From assembly GCA_963702475.1 (NCBI GenBank), contig CAVPCT010000006.1, positions 256,001-320,000 of the forward strand: a stretch of DNA of 64,000 nucleotides, read 5' to 3'. Below the pieces are notes generated by a model, which did no database searches, was not told the DNA's origin, and saw only the letters and a list, made by a program, of their open reading frames with translations. Source of the stretch: an uncultured Thermoleophilia bacterium (GTDB lineage Bacteria > Actinomycetota > Thermoleophilia > UBA2241). Both the position numbers and the translations under genes were made by a program. How positions within the stretch are numbered: the stretch's first letter is position 1; every line of letters begins with the position of its first letter. Positions 17,971 to 28,445 of this stretch are shown here, piece after piece.

Positions 17971-18738
17971 TCACATCGCCGCGTGCGCCCCGGCGTCCAC
18001 GTGAAGCACTTCGCCGGTTATGGCCCGTGACAGGTCGCTGAGCAGGAACACGGTGGCGTCGGCCACCTCATCGCTGGTCACGTTGCGGCGCAGCGGCGTG
18101 TGGCTCTCCAGCAGCTCGAGCATGCCGCTGAAGTCCTTGATCGTGCGCGCGGCCACAGTGGCGATGGGGCCTGCGGACACCGCGTTCACGCGGATGCCCT
18201 GCGGTCCCAGGTCGGCCGCCAGGTAGCGTACCGCGCTCTCCAGGGACGCCTTGGCCGGCCCCATGACGTTGTAGTTGGGCACCACGCGCCAGGAGCCGGC
18301 GTACGTCATGGTGACGACGGCGCCCCCCTTCGTCATCAGGCGCCGCGTCTCCCGCGCCAGGGCGATGAGCGAGTAGGAGCTGATGTCGTTGGCCTGCGCG
18401 AAGCCGTCGCGTGTGGTCTCCACGAAGCTCCCCTGCAGGTCTTCCGCGGGCGCCCAGGCGATGCTGTGCACCAGGCCGTCGAGGACGGGCATGGAGTCCT
18501 CGAGCTCGGTGACGGCACGTCGCACAGCTTGGTCGCTGCTCACGTCCAGCTCGATCATGGGGGCTCCGTCCAGCTCGTCGGCGAGGCTCTGTACGCGCCT
18601 CCGCAGGCGCTGCGCCTGGTACGAGAGCGCGACGGCGCCGCCGTGGCGCTTGACGGCCAGGGCGACGGCCCAGGCTATGGAGCGCGGATTGGCGGCGCCG
18701 GTCACGAGGAAGTTCTTGCCGTCGAGCAGGCCGGTCAT
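17971..18738 (-). CDS. fabI: Enoyl-ACP reductase
   Basis: SIAWAVA, HSIAWAP, YNVMGPAKASLE, VNAVSAGPI, ITGEVLHVDAG. Confidence 0.93.
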   Translation of the reverse strand: MTGLLDGKNFLVTGAANPRSIAWAVALAVKRHGGAVALSYQAQRLRRRVQSLADELDGAPMIELDVSSDQAVRRAVTELEDSMPVLDGLVHSIAWAPAEDLQGSFVETTRDGFAQANDISSYSLIALARETRRLMTKGGAVVTMTYAGSWRVVPNYNVMGPAKASLESAVRYLAADLGPQGIRVNAVSAGPIATVAARTIKDFSGMLELLESHTPLRRNVTSDEVADATVFLLSDLSRAITGEVLHVDAGAHAAM

Positions 18739-18819
18739 GAGGTCCCCCTTTGCGACGGGGCCAGTGTATGCCTCGCCGCAGGGGCCGTCACGGACGGGGG
18801 CCGCGGCCGGCCCCGGCGT

Positions 18820-19479
18820 TCAGCGCGGCTTCTCGGCGAGCAGCAGGAACTGCCGCGCCCAGTAGTCGCGGAAGATGTAGAGCGACAGGATGAGACAGGC
18901 GGCGCGGACCGGTGCATAGCGCGTGAAGTACGGTTCCACGCGCAGTACGCGCAGGCCCGCGCCCTCGAGCAACCGCACCATGTCCCGCTTGCCGAACCAG
19001 CGCGCGTGGGTGCGGTCGAAGATGCCCGAGTCCCTGCGCGGCCAGTGCTGCAGGAGCAGGTTGGCGAACGTCCACACCTGTGCCACGTTGGGAAGGGAAA
19101 CGACCACCGCGCCGCCGGGCCGCAGGCGCTGCACGGCGCGCCCGAGCACCTGCTCCGCGTCGGCGAGGTGCTCGAGGACGTCGCTGGCGAGGATCGCGTC
19201 GAAGGGCTCGTCGCCGAGCTGCTCGGGTCGCAGCAGGGAGAGGTCGGCCTCCACGACCAGATCGAGGCGCCGGCGCGCTTCGGCGGCGGCGCCCGGGTCG
19301 CGCTCCACACCGACCACCTCGCGGGCGCCGGCGCGCTTGAGCAGCGCCCCGTTGTGACCACCCCCGCAGCCCAGGTCGAGGATGCGCAGGCCGCGTGGGT
19401 CGATCAGGGCGAGAAGGGCGGGCTTGGAGTCGCCGAAGTAGCGGCTGCGCCAGGAAGGAGCCGGGATGCCGTCGCTCAC
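18820..19479 (-). CDS. Class I SAM-dependent methyltransferase
   Basis: ILDLGCGGG, FDAILASDVLEHL, SLPNV, GIFDRTH. Confidence 0.9.
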   Translation of the reverse strand: MSDGIPAPSWRSRYFGDSKPALLALIDPRGLRILDLGCGGGHNGALLKRAGAREVVGVERDPGAAAEARRRLDLVVEADLSLLRPEQLGDEPFDAILASDVLEHLADAEQVLGRAVQRLRPGGAVVVSLPNVAQVWTFANLLLQHWPRRDSGIFDRTHARWFGKRDMVRLLEGAGLRVLRVEPYFTRYAPVRAACLILSLYIFRDYWARQFLLLAEKPR

Positions 19480-20523
19480 GGCAGCCGGACGGCGTAGGGA
19501 TCCGTTCCCTCAGGCAGCGCGCGAGCGATGGCCATTTCGCCGTCGAGCGTGTACACGACGGGCACGGACGAGGTGAAGAGCTCGGCCTCGGCCGTGGCCA
19601 CGATCGCCGTGGTCGTGGCCTCGCCCACCGGGCCGTCGCTCCGGCGTCGCTGTCGCGGCGGGCATCGGCGGAGCCACCGCGGAGAACGGCTGCAGCATCA
19701 CCAGGTGCAGCCGGCCGACGTCGGCCAGACGGCCGGCCATCCGGAGGTGCAGCGTGGCCGGGCTGTCGCCGCGCAGCACGCGCAGCACGACGAAGTCCTG
19801 GAAGCCGTCGGCGGCCTGCTGCGCCGTGGCCAGGACGATGACCGCGAAGTCGTTCATCTGCTCCTGGAGTGCGGACAGCCGCTCGAACGTGCCGGACGGA
19901 ACGGGGATGCCGCCGGCCATCACGACGGGACCGGCGGAGGCTGCGTCGAACGCGTCCGGACTCCGCAGCGGCGCGGTGGCCGCCACCGGCGTCGCGCCGG
20001 AGAGCGCGCCGCCGGAGGACGCGCCCTCCTGGGAGCCCCCGTCGGTCGCGCCGGAGCCTCCGGCCGACTCGTCGGACGCGCCTGCGGAGTCTGTGCTCTT
20101 GCCGCTGCGCTCGGCGACGCTCGTCTGGCTCACGTCGGCCTGGCGCTCGATCACGGAGACGCCGACCGCCACGGCCAGCGCGACGGCCGCCACCGGCGCG
20201 AGCACGCGGAGCCAGCGCCGCGAGCCGCGGCCGGCTTTTGCCGGCCGTTCCTGGCCCGGCGTGAAGTACTCCTGCAGGCCGGCCCAACGCGGGTCGCCCA
20301 GGTCGGTGTAGTCGTCGGCTGGGGTCGGCACGGCGGCGCGGACCCCCGCTGCGACCTGGTCGACCTCGGCGCGCACGGTCTCGAGTCGGCGGCCGAGCAC
20401 CGCATCGGCGTCGGCGGCCGCCTCGAGGTCGGGGTCGTCCTCGAGTCCGAGGACGTACGCCAGGAGACGGTTCTCGTCCATGTCGTCGCCGGGTTGCACG
20501 CCGTTCCAGACCTCGTCAGCCAT
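19476..20523 (-). CDS. Putative anti-sigma factor (single TM), with probable frameshift near 19650
   Basis: Overlaps the ECF sigma stop; LLAYVLGL N-terminus and TM segment; an alternative frame ending ...DPYAVRLP-TGA (19476) overlaps the next start as GTGA. Confidence 0.65.
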
Positions 20524-21094
20524 CGACGACCGCCTCGCTCTCGGGTAGGGGGGCCTCTCCGTCGCGGGCGTACGCGGCGTTCGCCGTCAGGGAGCGCTTG
20601 AGCTGGCGCATGGCGCCATGAAGGCGGGACTTCACGGTGCCGACGGGGATGCCCTGGGCCGCGGCGATCTCGTCGAGCGGCAGATCGGCGAAGAAGCGCA
20701 GCGCGACGCACTCCCGCAGTTCCGGCGACAGCGCCGCCAGTGCTTCTCGAAGGGCCGGGTCGGCCGGCTCCGACGGCGGGTCGACGGAGATATCCGGGGA
20801 GATGCGCTGCAACTTGTCCATGAGGCCCAGGCGTGTCTTGCGCCTGCGACCCGCATCGCGACCCGTGTTCAGGATGACGCGGTAGAACCAGGCCAGAAAC
20901 GTCTCCTCGGCCGGGATCTGGGCGCGATACACCTTGATGAACACCTCTTGCACGGCGTCGTCTACCTCCTCGCAGAACCCCTGGAGGAAGAGGATGCGGC
21001 GCACCTGAGGGGCGTACCGGCGGAAGAACTCTGCGCGCGCTTCCGGCTGGTTCCTGCGCAGCCGGTCGACCAGCCCCTGCGGCAGCTCTTCGAT
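20516..21094 (-). CDS. ECF RNA polymerase sigma factor
   Basis: DDAVQEVFIKVY, FLAWFYRVILN, EIAAAQGIPVGTVKSRLH; start uncertain (ORF track gives 21193). Confidence 0.9.
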   Translation of the reverse strand: MEELPQGLVDRLRRNQPEARAEFFRRYAPQVRRILFLQGFCEEVDDAVQEVFIKVYRAQIPAEETFLAWFYRVILNTGRDAGRRRKTRLGLMDKLQRISPDISVDPPSEPADPALREALAALSPELRECVALRFFADLPLDEIAAAQGIPVGTVKSRLHGAMRQLKRSLTANAAYARDGEAPLPESEAVVDG

Positions 21095-21237
21095 GAGTCT
21101 TCCTCCGCTGTGAGTGACGCCGATGCTTCCGGCGGCGTTCGGCGCGCCGGTTCGAGCAAGTATAGCGCGGTGCGCCGAGGCCGGTCGGGGCACGGCCGGA
21201 GGAGCGCGCGGCGCCTGTCCGGCCGCGCCCGGCGCCG

Positions 21238-22137
21238 TCAGGCGAAGCCGAGGCGGCGGACCTCTTCGACGAGCTCGTGGCCGCTTTGCTCGCGCACGCG
21301 GCGCCTGACCTCGTCGGCGAGCGCGACGATGTCCGCGGCCGTCGCGCCCGGCAGCGCGACGAGGAAGTTGGCGTGCTTCTCGCTGACGCGGACGCGGCCC
21401 TGCGTCAGCCCCTTGAGGCCGGCGTTCTCGATGAGGCGGGCCGCGGGCAGGTCGCGTGACGGGTTCTTGAAGTAGCTGCCGCAGGAGGCGTATTCGAGCG
21501 GGTGCTTGCTGCGGCGCAGGCCGGCATCGCCGGCGATCTCGGCGAGCAGTCCGCCCGGGTCGCCCGGCTCGAGGCGGAAGGTCGCCGAGAGCACCGTGAG
21601 CTCAGGGAGAAGCTTGAAGAGGCTGGTGCGGTAGCCGAACTCGAGATCCCGGGGTTCCTTGACGTGCTCGTTGACCCCGTCGAGCAGGTGCACGGCCATG
21701 AGCACGTCGCTCACCGAGCGGCCGTAGGCGCCGGCGTTGCCGACCACCGCGCCGCCGACAGAGCCGGGGATGTTGCCCGCGAACTCCAGCCCGGCGAGGC
21801 CTCGCGTCGCGAGCTCGGTCACGAGGGCCGGCAGCTCCACGCCGGCCTCGGCCATCAGGACGCCGTCGCCGACCGTGAACGCCTCGTTGCGGGCGAGCAC
21901 GGTGAGGCCGGGCAGCCCGGCGTCGGCGACGAGCACGTTGGTGGCGCGTCCCAGCACCGTGACGGACAGGCCGAGAGAGTGGCCCGTCTTCACGGCGTGC
22001 GCCAGCGCGCCGGTCGAGGCGGCCCGGTACAGGAGCTCCGCCGGGCCGCCGACGCCGTAGGCGCACAGCGGCGCGAGAGGTACGGCCTCTTCGAGGCCGG
22101 GCAGCTCGCGCCGCAGGATGTCCGCCGCCGCTTCCAT
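21238..22137 (-). CDS. murB: UDP-N-acetylmuramate dehydrogenase
   Basis: GVGGPA, IPGSVGGAVVGNAGAYG, FGYRTS, SCGSYFKNP, SEKHANF. Confidence 0.95.
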   Translation of the reverse strand: MEAAADILRRELPGLEEAVPLAPLCAYGVGGPAELLYRAASTGALAHAVKTGHSLGLSVTVLGRATNVLVADAGLPGLTVLARNEAFTVGDGVLMAEAGVELPALVTELATRGLAGLEFAGNIPGSVGGAVVGNAGAYGRSVSDVLMAVHLLDGVNEHVKEPRDLEFGYRTSLFKLLPELTVLSATFRLEPGDPGGLLAEIAGDAGLRRSKHPLEYASCGSYFKNPSRDLPAARLIENAGLKGLTQGRVRVSEKHANFLVALPGATAADIVALADEVRRRVREQSGHELVEEVRRLGFA

Positions 22138-22160
22138 GGCACAATGGTAGCAGCGGATGC

Positions 22161-22215
22161 TTGACGTGCCCTCCCGTCGACCATAACATCCCTAAACCTA
22201 GTGATAACTAGGATT
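22161..22215 (+). promoter_or_regulatory. Promoter and Rrf2-type operator of the rrf2-metY operon
   Basis: TTGACG(22161)-N17-TAACAT(22184); palindrome CCTAGT-GATA-ACTAGG (22197-22212) with A/T flanks. Confidence 0.75.
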
Positions 22216-22241
22216 TTGACACCGGGTGGTCCGGAGAGGTC

Positions 22242-23980
<1,739 letters not shown>

Positions 23981-24113
23981 TGACGCAGGCGGGGCGGCGG
24001 GGGGTCTCAGGGCGCCGGCCGCCGCCCGTCCGCTGCGCGCGGCCGGCGTCACGCTGCATCGTGCCGGTCGCTGCGGCACGCCACGGCCCTGCCTCGGCTA
24101 GAATCAGGCTCCC

Positions 24114-25316
24114 ATGACCGAGAACAAGCGCACAGCGAAAGAGATCGGCGACGTCGCCATGGGTCTCGACAGCGACGCCGGTTCCGCCGGTGTCGTCACG
24201 ACGAGGTACGTGACGTTCGACCAGCCCGGCCAGGAGCTTGCTCTCGAGGGCGGCGGCGCGCTGGCCCCGTTCACGCTCGCCTACGAGACCTACGGGTCCC
24301 TCAGCGAGGCGAAGGACAACGCCATCCTGGTGACGCACGCCCTGTCGGGCGATGCCCACGTCGCCGGTCGCCACAGCGTCGACGACAAGCGCCCGGGCTG
24401 GTGGGACATGCTCATCGGGCCCGGCAAGGGCCTGGACACCGACAGGTACTTCGTCATCTGCAGCAACGTCATCGGGGGCTGCAGCGGCTCGACCGGGCCG
24501 GCCGGCGATAACCCGGCCACCGGCCGGCCGTACGGCACCGACTTCCCCATGATCACCATCAGGGACATGGTGAACGCGCAGATCATGCTGCTCGACCACC
24601 TCGGCATCGGCAAGCTGCTGGCGGCGGTCGGTGGCTCCATGGGCGGCATGCAGGCCCTCGAACTGGCCATCTCGCACCCGGACCGCGCGCACCTGTGTCT
24701 GCCGCTCGCGACCGCAGCGCGCCAGCCCACCATGGCCATCGCCTTCAACGAGGTCGGCCGCCAGGCCATCATGGCCGATCCCAACTGGAAGGGCGGCCAC
24801 TACTACGGTGGCAAGGCGCCGGCCAAGGGTCTCAGCGTGGCGCGCATGGTCGGCCACATCACGTACCTCAGCGACGAGGCCATGGAGGAGAAGTTCGGGC
24901 GACGTCTCCAGGACATCCGCGACTACACGTTCACCTTCTCCGCCGACTTCGAGGTCGAGAGCTACCTGCGGCACCAGGGCCTGAGCTTCACCAACCGCTT
25001 CGACGCCAACACCTACCTGTACATCACGCGGGCGCTGGACTACTTCGATCTCACCCGGCAGCACGGGACGCTGGTGCGCGCCTTCCGCGACGTCAAGGCG
25101 CGCTTTCTCGTGATGGGATTCAGCAGCGACTGGTTGCACCCGCCGTACCAGCTCAAGGAGATCGTCAGCGCGCTGCGCGCGACCCACAAGCACGTGAGCT
25201 ACTACGAGGTGGAGAGCCACTACGGCCACGACGCGTTTCTGCTGGAGCGCGAGAAGATGGAGGGCATCATCGCCGCCTTTCTGGCCAGCGGCGCGCGTAC
25301 GTACGCGCTGGGCTGA
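24114..25316 (+). CDS. metX: Homoserine O-acetyltransferase
   Basis: HALSGDAH, GGSMGGMQ, RFDANTY, YGHDAFLLE. Confidence 0.95.
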   Translation: MTENKRTAKEIGDVAMGLDSDAGSAGVVTTRYVTFDQPGQELALEGGGALAPFTLAYETYGSLSEAKDNAILVTHALSGDAHVAGRHSVDDKRPGWWDMLIGPGKGLDTDRYFVICSNVIGGCSGSTGPAGDNPATGRPYGTDFPMITIRDMVNAQIMLLDHLGIGKLLAAVGGSMGGMQALELAISHPDRAHLCLPLATAARQPTMAIAFNEVGRQAIMADPNWKGGHYYGGKAPAKGLSVARMVGHITYLSDEAMEEKFGRRLQDIRDYTFTFSADFEVESYLRHQGLSFTNRFDANTYLYITRALDYFDLTRQHGTLVRAFRDVKARFLVMGFSSDWLHPPYQLKEIVSALRATHKHVSYYEVESHYGHDAFLLEREKMEGIIAAFLASGARTYALG

Positions 25317-25338
25317 GGCGGCGAGCCGGGGAAAGACC

Positions 25339-25935
25339 ATGCAGCGCATCGACTACAAGCTCATCGAGGGGCTGGTGCCCGAGAACGCCACGGTGCTTGA
25401 CCTGGCGTGCGGCGACGGTGAGCTGCTGGCGGAGCTCATCCGCGGGAAGCATGTGCACGGCAGCGGCGTGGAGATCGACCAGGCCGCGGTGGAGAAGTGC
25501 ATCGCCCGCGGCCTCAGCGTCTTCCACGGCGACCTCGACGCCGGCCTCGCCGACTTCATGGACCAGTCGCACGACGTCGTCATCCTGAGCCTGAGCCTGC
25601 AGCAGCTGCGCCGCCCGCGCATGATCGTGCGCGAGATGGTGCGTGTCGGGCATCTCGCCATCGTCAGCTTCCCCAACTTCGCTCATTGGAGCACGCGGCT
25701 GCAGCTCTTTGCGCAGGGCCGCATGCCGGTCACCAAGGAGCTGCCCTACAAGTGGTGGGACACGCCCAACATCCACCTCTGCACCATCGAGGACTTTCGC
25801 GCGCTCTGCCGCGCGGAGGGGCTGCGCATCGAACACGAGCTTTACCTGCGTTCCGTGGACCGGCCCGCCCCGGACCGGCCGATCCTGCCGAATCTGCTGG
25901 CGCGTCTGGCCATCTTCGTCGTGACGCGTTCCTGA
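25339..25935 (+). CDS. metW: Methionine biosynthesis protein MetW
   Basis: VLDLACGDG, SFPNFAHW, GRMPVT, WWDTPNIHLCT; follows metX. Confidence 0.93.
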   Translation: MQRIDYKLIEGLVPENATVLDLACGDGELLAELIRGKHVHGSGVEIDQAAVEKCIARGLSVFHGDLDAGLADFMDQSHDVVILSLSLQQLRRPRMIVREMVRVGHLAIVSFPNFAHWSTRLQLFAQGRMPVTKELPYKWWDTPNIHLCTIEDFRALCRAEGLRIEHELYLRSVDRPAPDRPILPNLLARLAIFVVTRS

Positions 25936-26185
25936 CGCCGTCCGCGACCGTCCGCGGTGTGCGCCTCCCGCGCTTCGGAAGGATGTGGCGCCCGGCCGAC
26001 CGACCGACTCTCCCGCGGGCAACTGCTGAGACCCGGCGTCGGGCTTACGGTTTCCGGCTTTCGGGCACGACGGGGAGCGAGTACACTGTCTGTGCGTCCG
26101 AGGCCCGGACCTCGGCGGCACAAGAATCGCCCACCGTCTTCACCGAGCGTCGGCGGAGGGCCAAGTCATCAAAGGAGTACCGAAA

Positions 26186-26582
26186 GTGCCTCAGGGTAAA
26201 GTCAAGTGGTTCTCGACGGAGAAGGCGTACGGCTTCATCGAGCAGGACAACGACAACGACATCTTCGTGCACGTCACCGGCCTGGCCGAGGGCGTGACCG
26301 CGATCGACAAAGACATGGTCGTCGAGTATGAGGTCGAGCAGGGCCGCAAAGGCCCGCAGGCTGCCAAGGTGCGTCCCGTCACCGCGTCGGCTGCGGCTGA
26401 TGCCCCGGCCGACGATGCGGCCGACGATGCGGCCGACGATGAGGCCGACGACCAGGCCGACGATGCAGGCCGACGACGCGGCCGACGATGCGGCCGACGA
26501 TGCGGCCGACGATGCGGCCGACGACCAGGCCGACGACGCGGCCGACGACGCGGCCGACGATGTGAGTGCCGAGGCCGAGTAA
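26186..26582 (+). CDS. Cold-shock protein with acidic repeat tail (1-nt insertion near 26465)
   Basis: GKVKWFSTEKAYGFI..DIFVH CSD; AAGGAG RBS; tail of ADDA repeats; the corrected frame ends TAA at 26582. Confidence 0.85.
26408..26563 (+). repeat. 12-bp coding tandem repeat GCCGACGA(T/C)(GCG/GAG/CAG) x13
   Basis: Direct reading; the fifth unit is 13 nt long. Confidence 0.9.
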
Positions 26583-26723
26583 CTCCAGCTCTCTCAGGGG
26601 GCCGACCGTCGGGGCAGTGCTCGGAGCCCGGCGGCCGGCCCCTTCTCTGCGTACGTCGGGGTGCCTTCGGCGCTCCGTGGGTACCACTGTGTGAAGACGG
26701 CGTCCGGATTCTGGAGGCAGACC

Positions 26724-27371
26724 ATGATGGCGACCACAGACGGCATCCACTGGCTCGGGCACGACTCGTTCCGGCTGGAAGGCTCCGTGACCGTGTACTT
26801 CGACCCGTGGGAGCTCGTCGAGGGGCTGCCTGCCGGTGACGTCATCCTCATCACGCACGACCACTTCGATCACCTGAGCCTGCCGGACATCGAACGCCTC
26901 TCCGGGCCGGACACCGTGGTCGTCGGTCCGGCGGCTGTGACGGCGCAGGTGCGGGGGCAGAAGACCGTGACGCTGGCGCCGGGCGGGAGCGCGCAGGTCC
27001 AAGGCGTGGGGATCACCGCGGTGCACGCCTACAACACGAGCAAGTTCAGGAAGCCGGGTGAGGTGTACCACCCGCGCGACGACGATCACGTGGGGTACGT
27101 GGTTGAGCTCGACGGGCGGCGCGTGTACCACGCCGGCGACACCGACCACATCCCGGAGATGGACGATGTCCAGTGCGACGTCGCCCTCGTGCCGGTGAGC
27201 GGGACGTTCGTGATGACCGCGGACGAGGCCGCCGGCGCGTGCGGCAGCATCTCCTCCGCCATCGTCGTCCCGATGCACTTCGACAAGATCGTCGGCAGCA
27301 GGGACGACGCCGAGAGACTCAGCGCTCTCCGCGGCGCCACCGTGGTGATCCTGCCGAACGAGAACAGATGA
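26724..27371 (+). CDS. MBL-fold metallo-hydrolase
   Basis: WLGHDSF, ITHDHFDH, YHAGDT, VPMH. Confidence 0.92.
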   Translation: MMATTDGIHWLGHDSFRLEGSVTVYFDPWELVEGLPAGDVILITHDHFDHLSLPDIERLSGPDTVVVGPAAVTAQVRGQKTVTLAPGGSAQVQGVGITAVHAYNTSKFRKPGEVYHPRDDDHVGYVVELDGRRVYHAGDTDHIPEMDDVQCDVALVPVSGTFVMTADEAAGACGSISSAIVVPMHFDKIVGSRDDAERLSALRGATVVILPNENR

Positions 27372-27381
27372 GCCGGGAGGG

Positions 27382-27600
27382 TCAGGCCTCCTCGGCCACC
27401 CACTCAAGTACCACCGCGTCTTCGGGGCACGCTTCTTCAGCGCGCTCGACGCACGGCCACAGCGTCTCGTGGGGCTCCGGCTCGAGCACGTCGGGCAAGC
27501 CGTCGTCGCGCATGAAGAAGACTTCCGGGCACACCGCCTCGCAGGCGCCTACTCCGGTGCAGCGGTCGTAGTCCACGCTCACTCTGAGTCGTCTGACCAT
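27382..27600 (-). CDS. Monocluster ferredoxin ([3Fe-4S]/[4Fe-4S])
   Basis: CTGVGACEAVCPEVF...ACPEDAV. Confidence 0.9.
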   Translation of the reverse strand: MVRRLRVSVDYDRCTGVGACEAVCPEVFFMRDDGLPDVLEPEPHETLWPCVERAEEACPEDAVVLEWVAEEA

Positions 27601-27679
27601 GGCCCGAGTGTACTACCTCGGACGTCCGGCTGGCGCGTCGTTTCCGACGACGGTCGTGTGGCAACAACTGGCGTGGGGA

Positions 27680-27870
27680 GCTGAGCGGGACGACCCTCAC
27701 CGCACGCTGTGCCGGTCGTTCGGGGTGATGGAGCTCACCGGTCGACACCGGACGCGTCCGGTGACGTTCCGGACGGACACGGCCGGCGTGGTGCGTCGGG
27801 TGTTCCAGGCGATCCCGCCGTGCGGGCATGCACGCGACGTTCTCGAGGCCGCGCGGGAGTCGTGGGCTGA
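27680..27870 (+). pseudogene. Relic C-terminal half of a BCP-type peroxiredoxin
   Basis: DPHRTLCRSFGV..RPVTF..D..GVVRRVF..GHARDVLEAARESW parallels the C-terminus of the adjacent Prx (DHTVAGAFGV..KRTTWLID.DGTLRKIY..GHAAQVLDDSQELW). Confidence 0.5.
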
Positions 27871-27913
27871 GGCGCCGCAGGCGGGCTCAGCCGGAGATCG
27901 AGAGGAGGGACGC

Positions 27914-28363
27914 GTGCTCAAAGAAGGGGACAAGGCGCCGGGAGTGACCGGCACGTCGTACGACGGGGCGACGTTCGACTTGGGGTCGCCGGGCAAGAGA
28001 ACGGTGCTGTTCTTCTACCCCAAGGCGACCACGGGCGGCTGAACCACCGAAGCCGTTGAGTTCAACGGCCTGCTGGACGAGTTCGCCGCGCTGGATGCGC
28101 AGGTGGTCGGCGCGAGTGTGGACAAGCCGGCGTCGAACGAGCGCTGGGCACAGAAGTACGACCTCAAGATGCCGCTGATAAGCGACCACGGTGACCACAC
28201 GGTGGCGGGCGCGTTCGGTGTGGCGCGCCCCATGGTGGGCGTGGCCAAGCGTACCACCTGGCTCATCGATCCCGATGGGACGTTGCGCAAGATCTACCTG
28301 AAGGTGACGGCGAAGGGGCACGCCGCCCAGGTGCTCGACGACAGCCAGGAGCTCTGGGGCTGA
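27914..28363 (+). CDS. Selenocysteine-containing peroxiredoxin (BCP/PrxQ family)
   Basis: GTG after GAGGAGG; FFYPKATTGG-[TGA 28040]-TTEA places UGA at the peroxidatic Cys of PxxxTxxC; the frame continues to 28363; hairpin follows the UGA. Confidence 0.88.
28052..28069 (+). promoter_or_regulatory. Candidate bacterial SECIS hairpin
   Basis: GCCGTTG-AGTT-CAACGGC stem-loop beginning 9 nt after the in-frame UGA. Confidence 0.65.
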
Positions 28364-28391
28364 CCTGAGTCCCGGACAGGCGTACGAATCG

Positions 28392-28429
28392 GCAGACGGC
28401 CGGGGCGGCGTGCCGCCCCGGCCGTCTGC
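28392..28429. terminator. Long perfect inverted repeat between convergent genes
   Basis: GCAGACGGCCGGGGCGGC-GT-GCCGCCCCGGCCGTCTGC. Confidence 0.7.
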
Positions 28430-28445
28430 GTCACCGACCCGTCGG

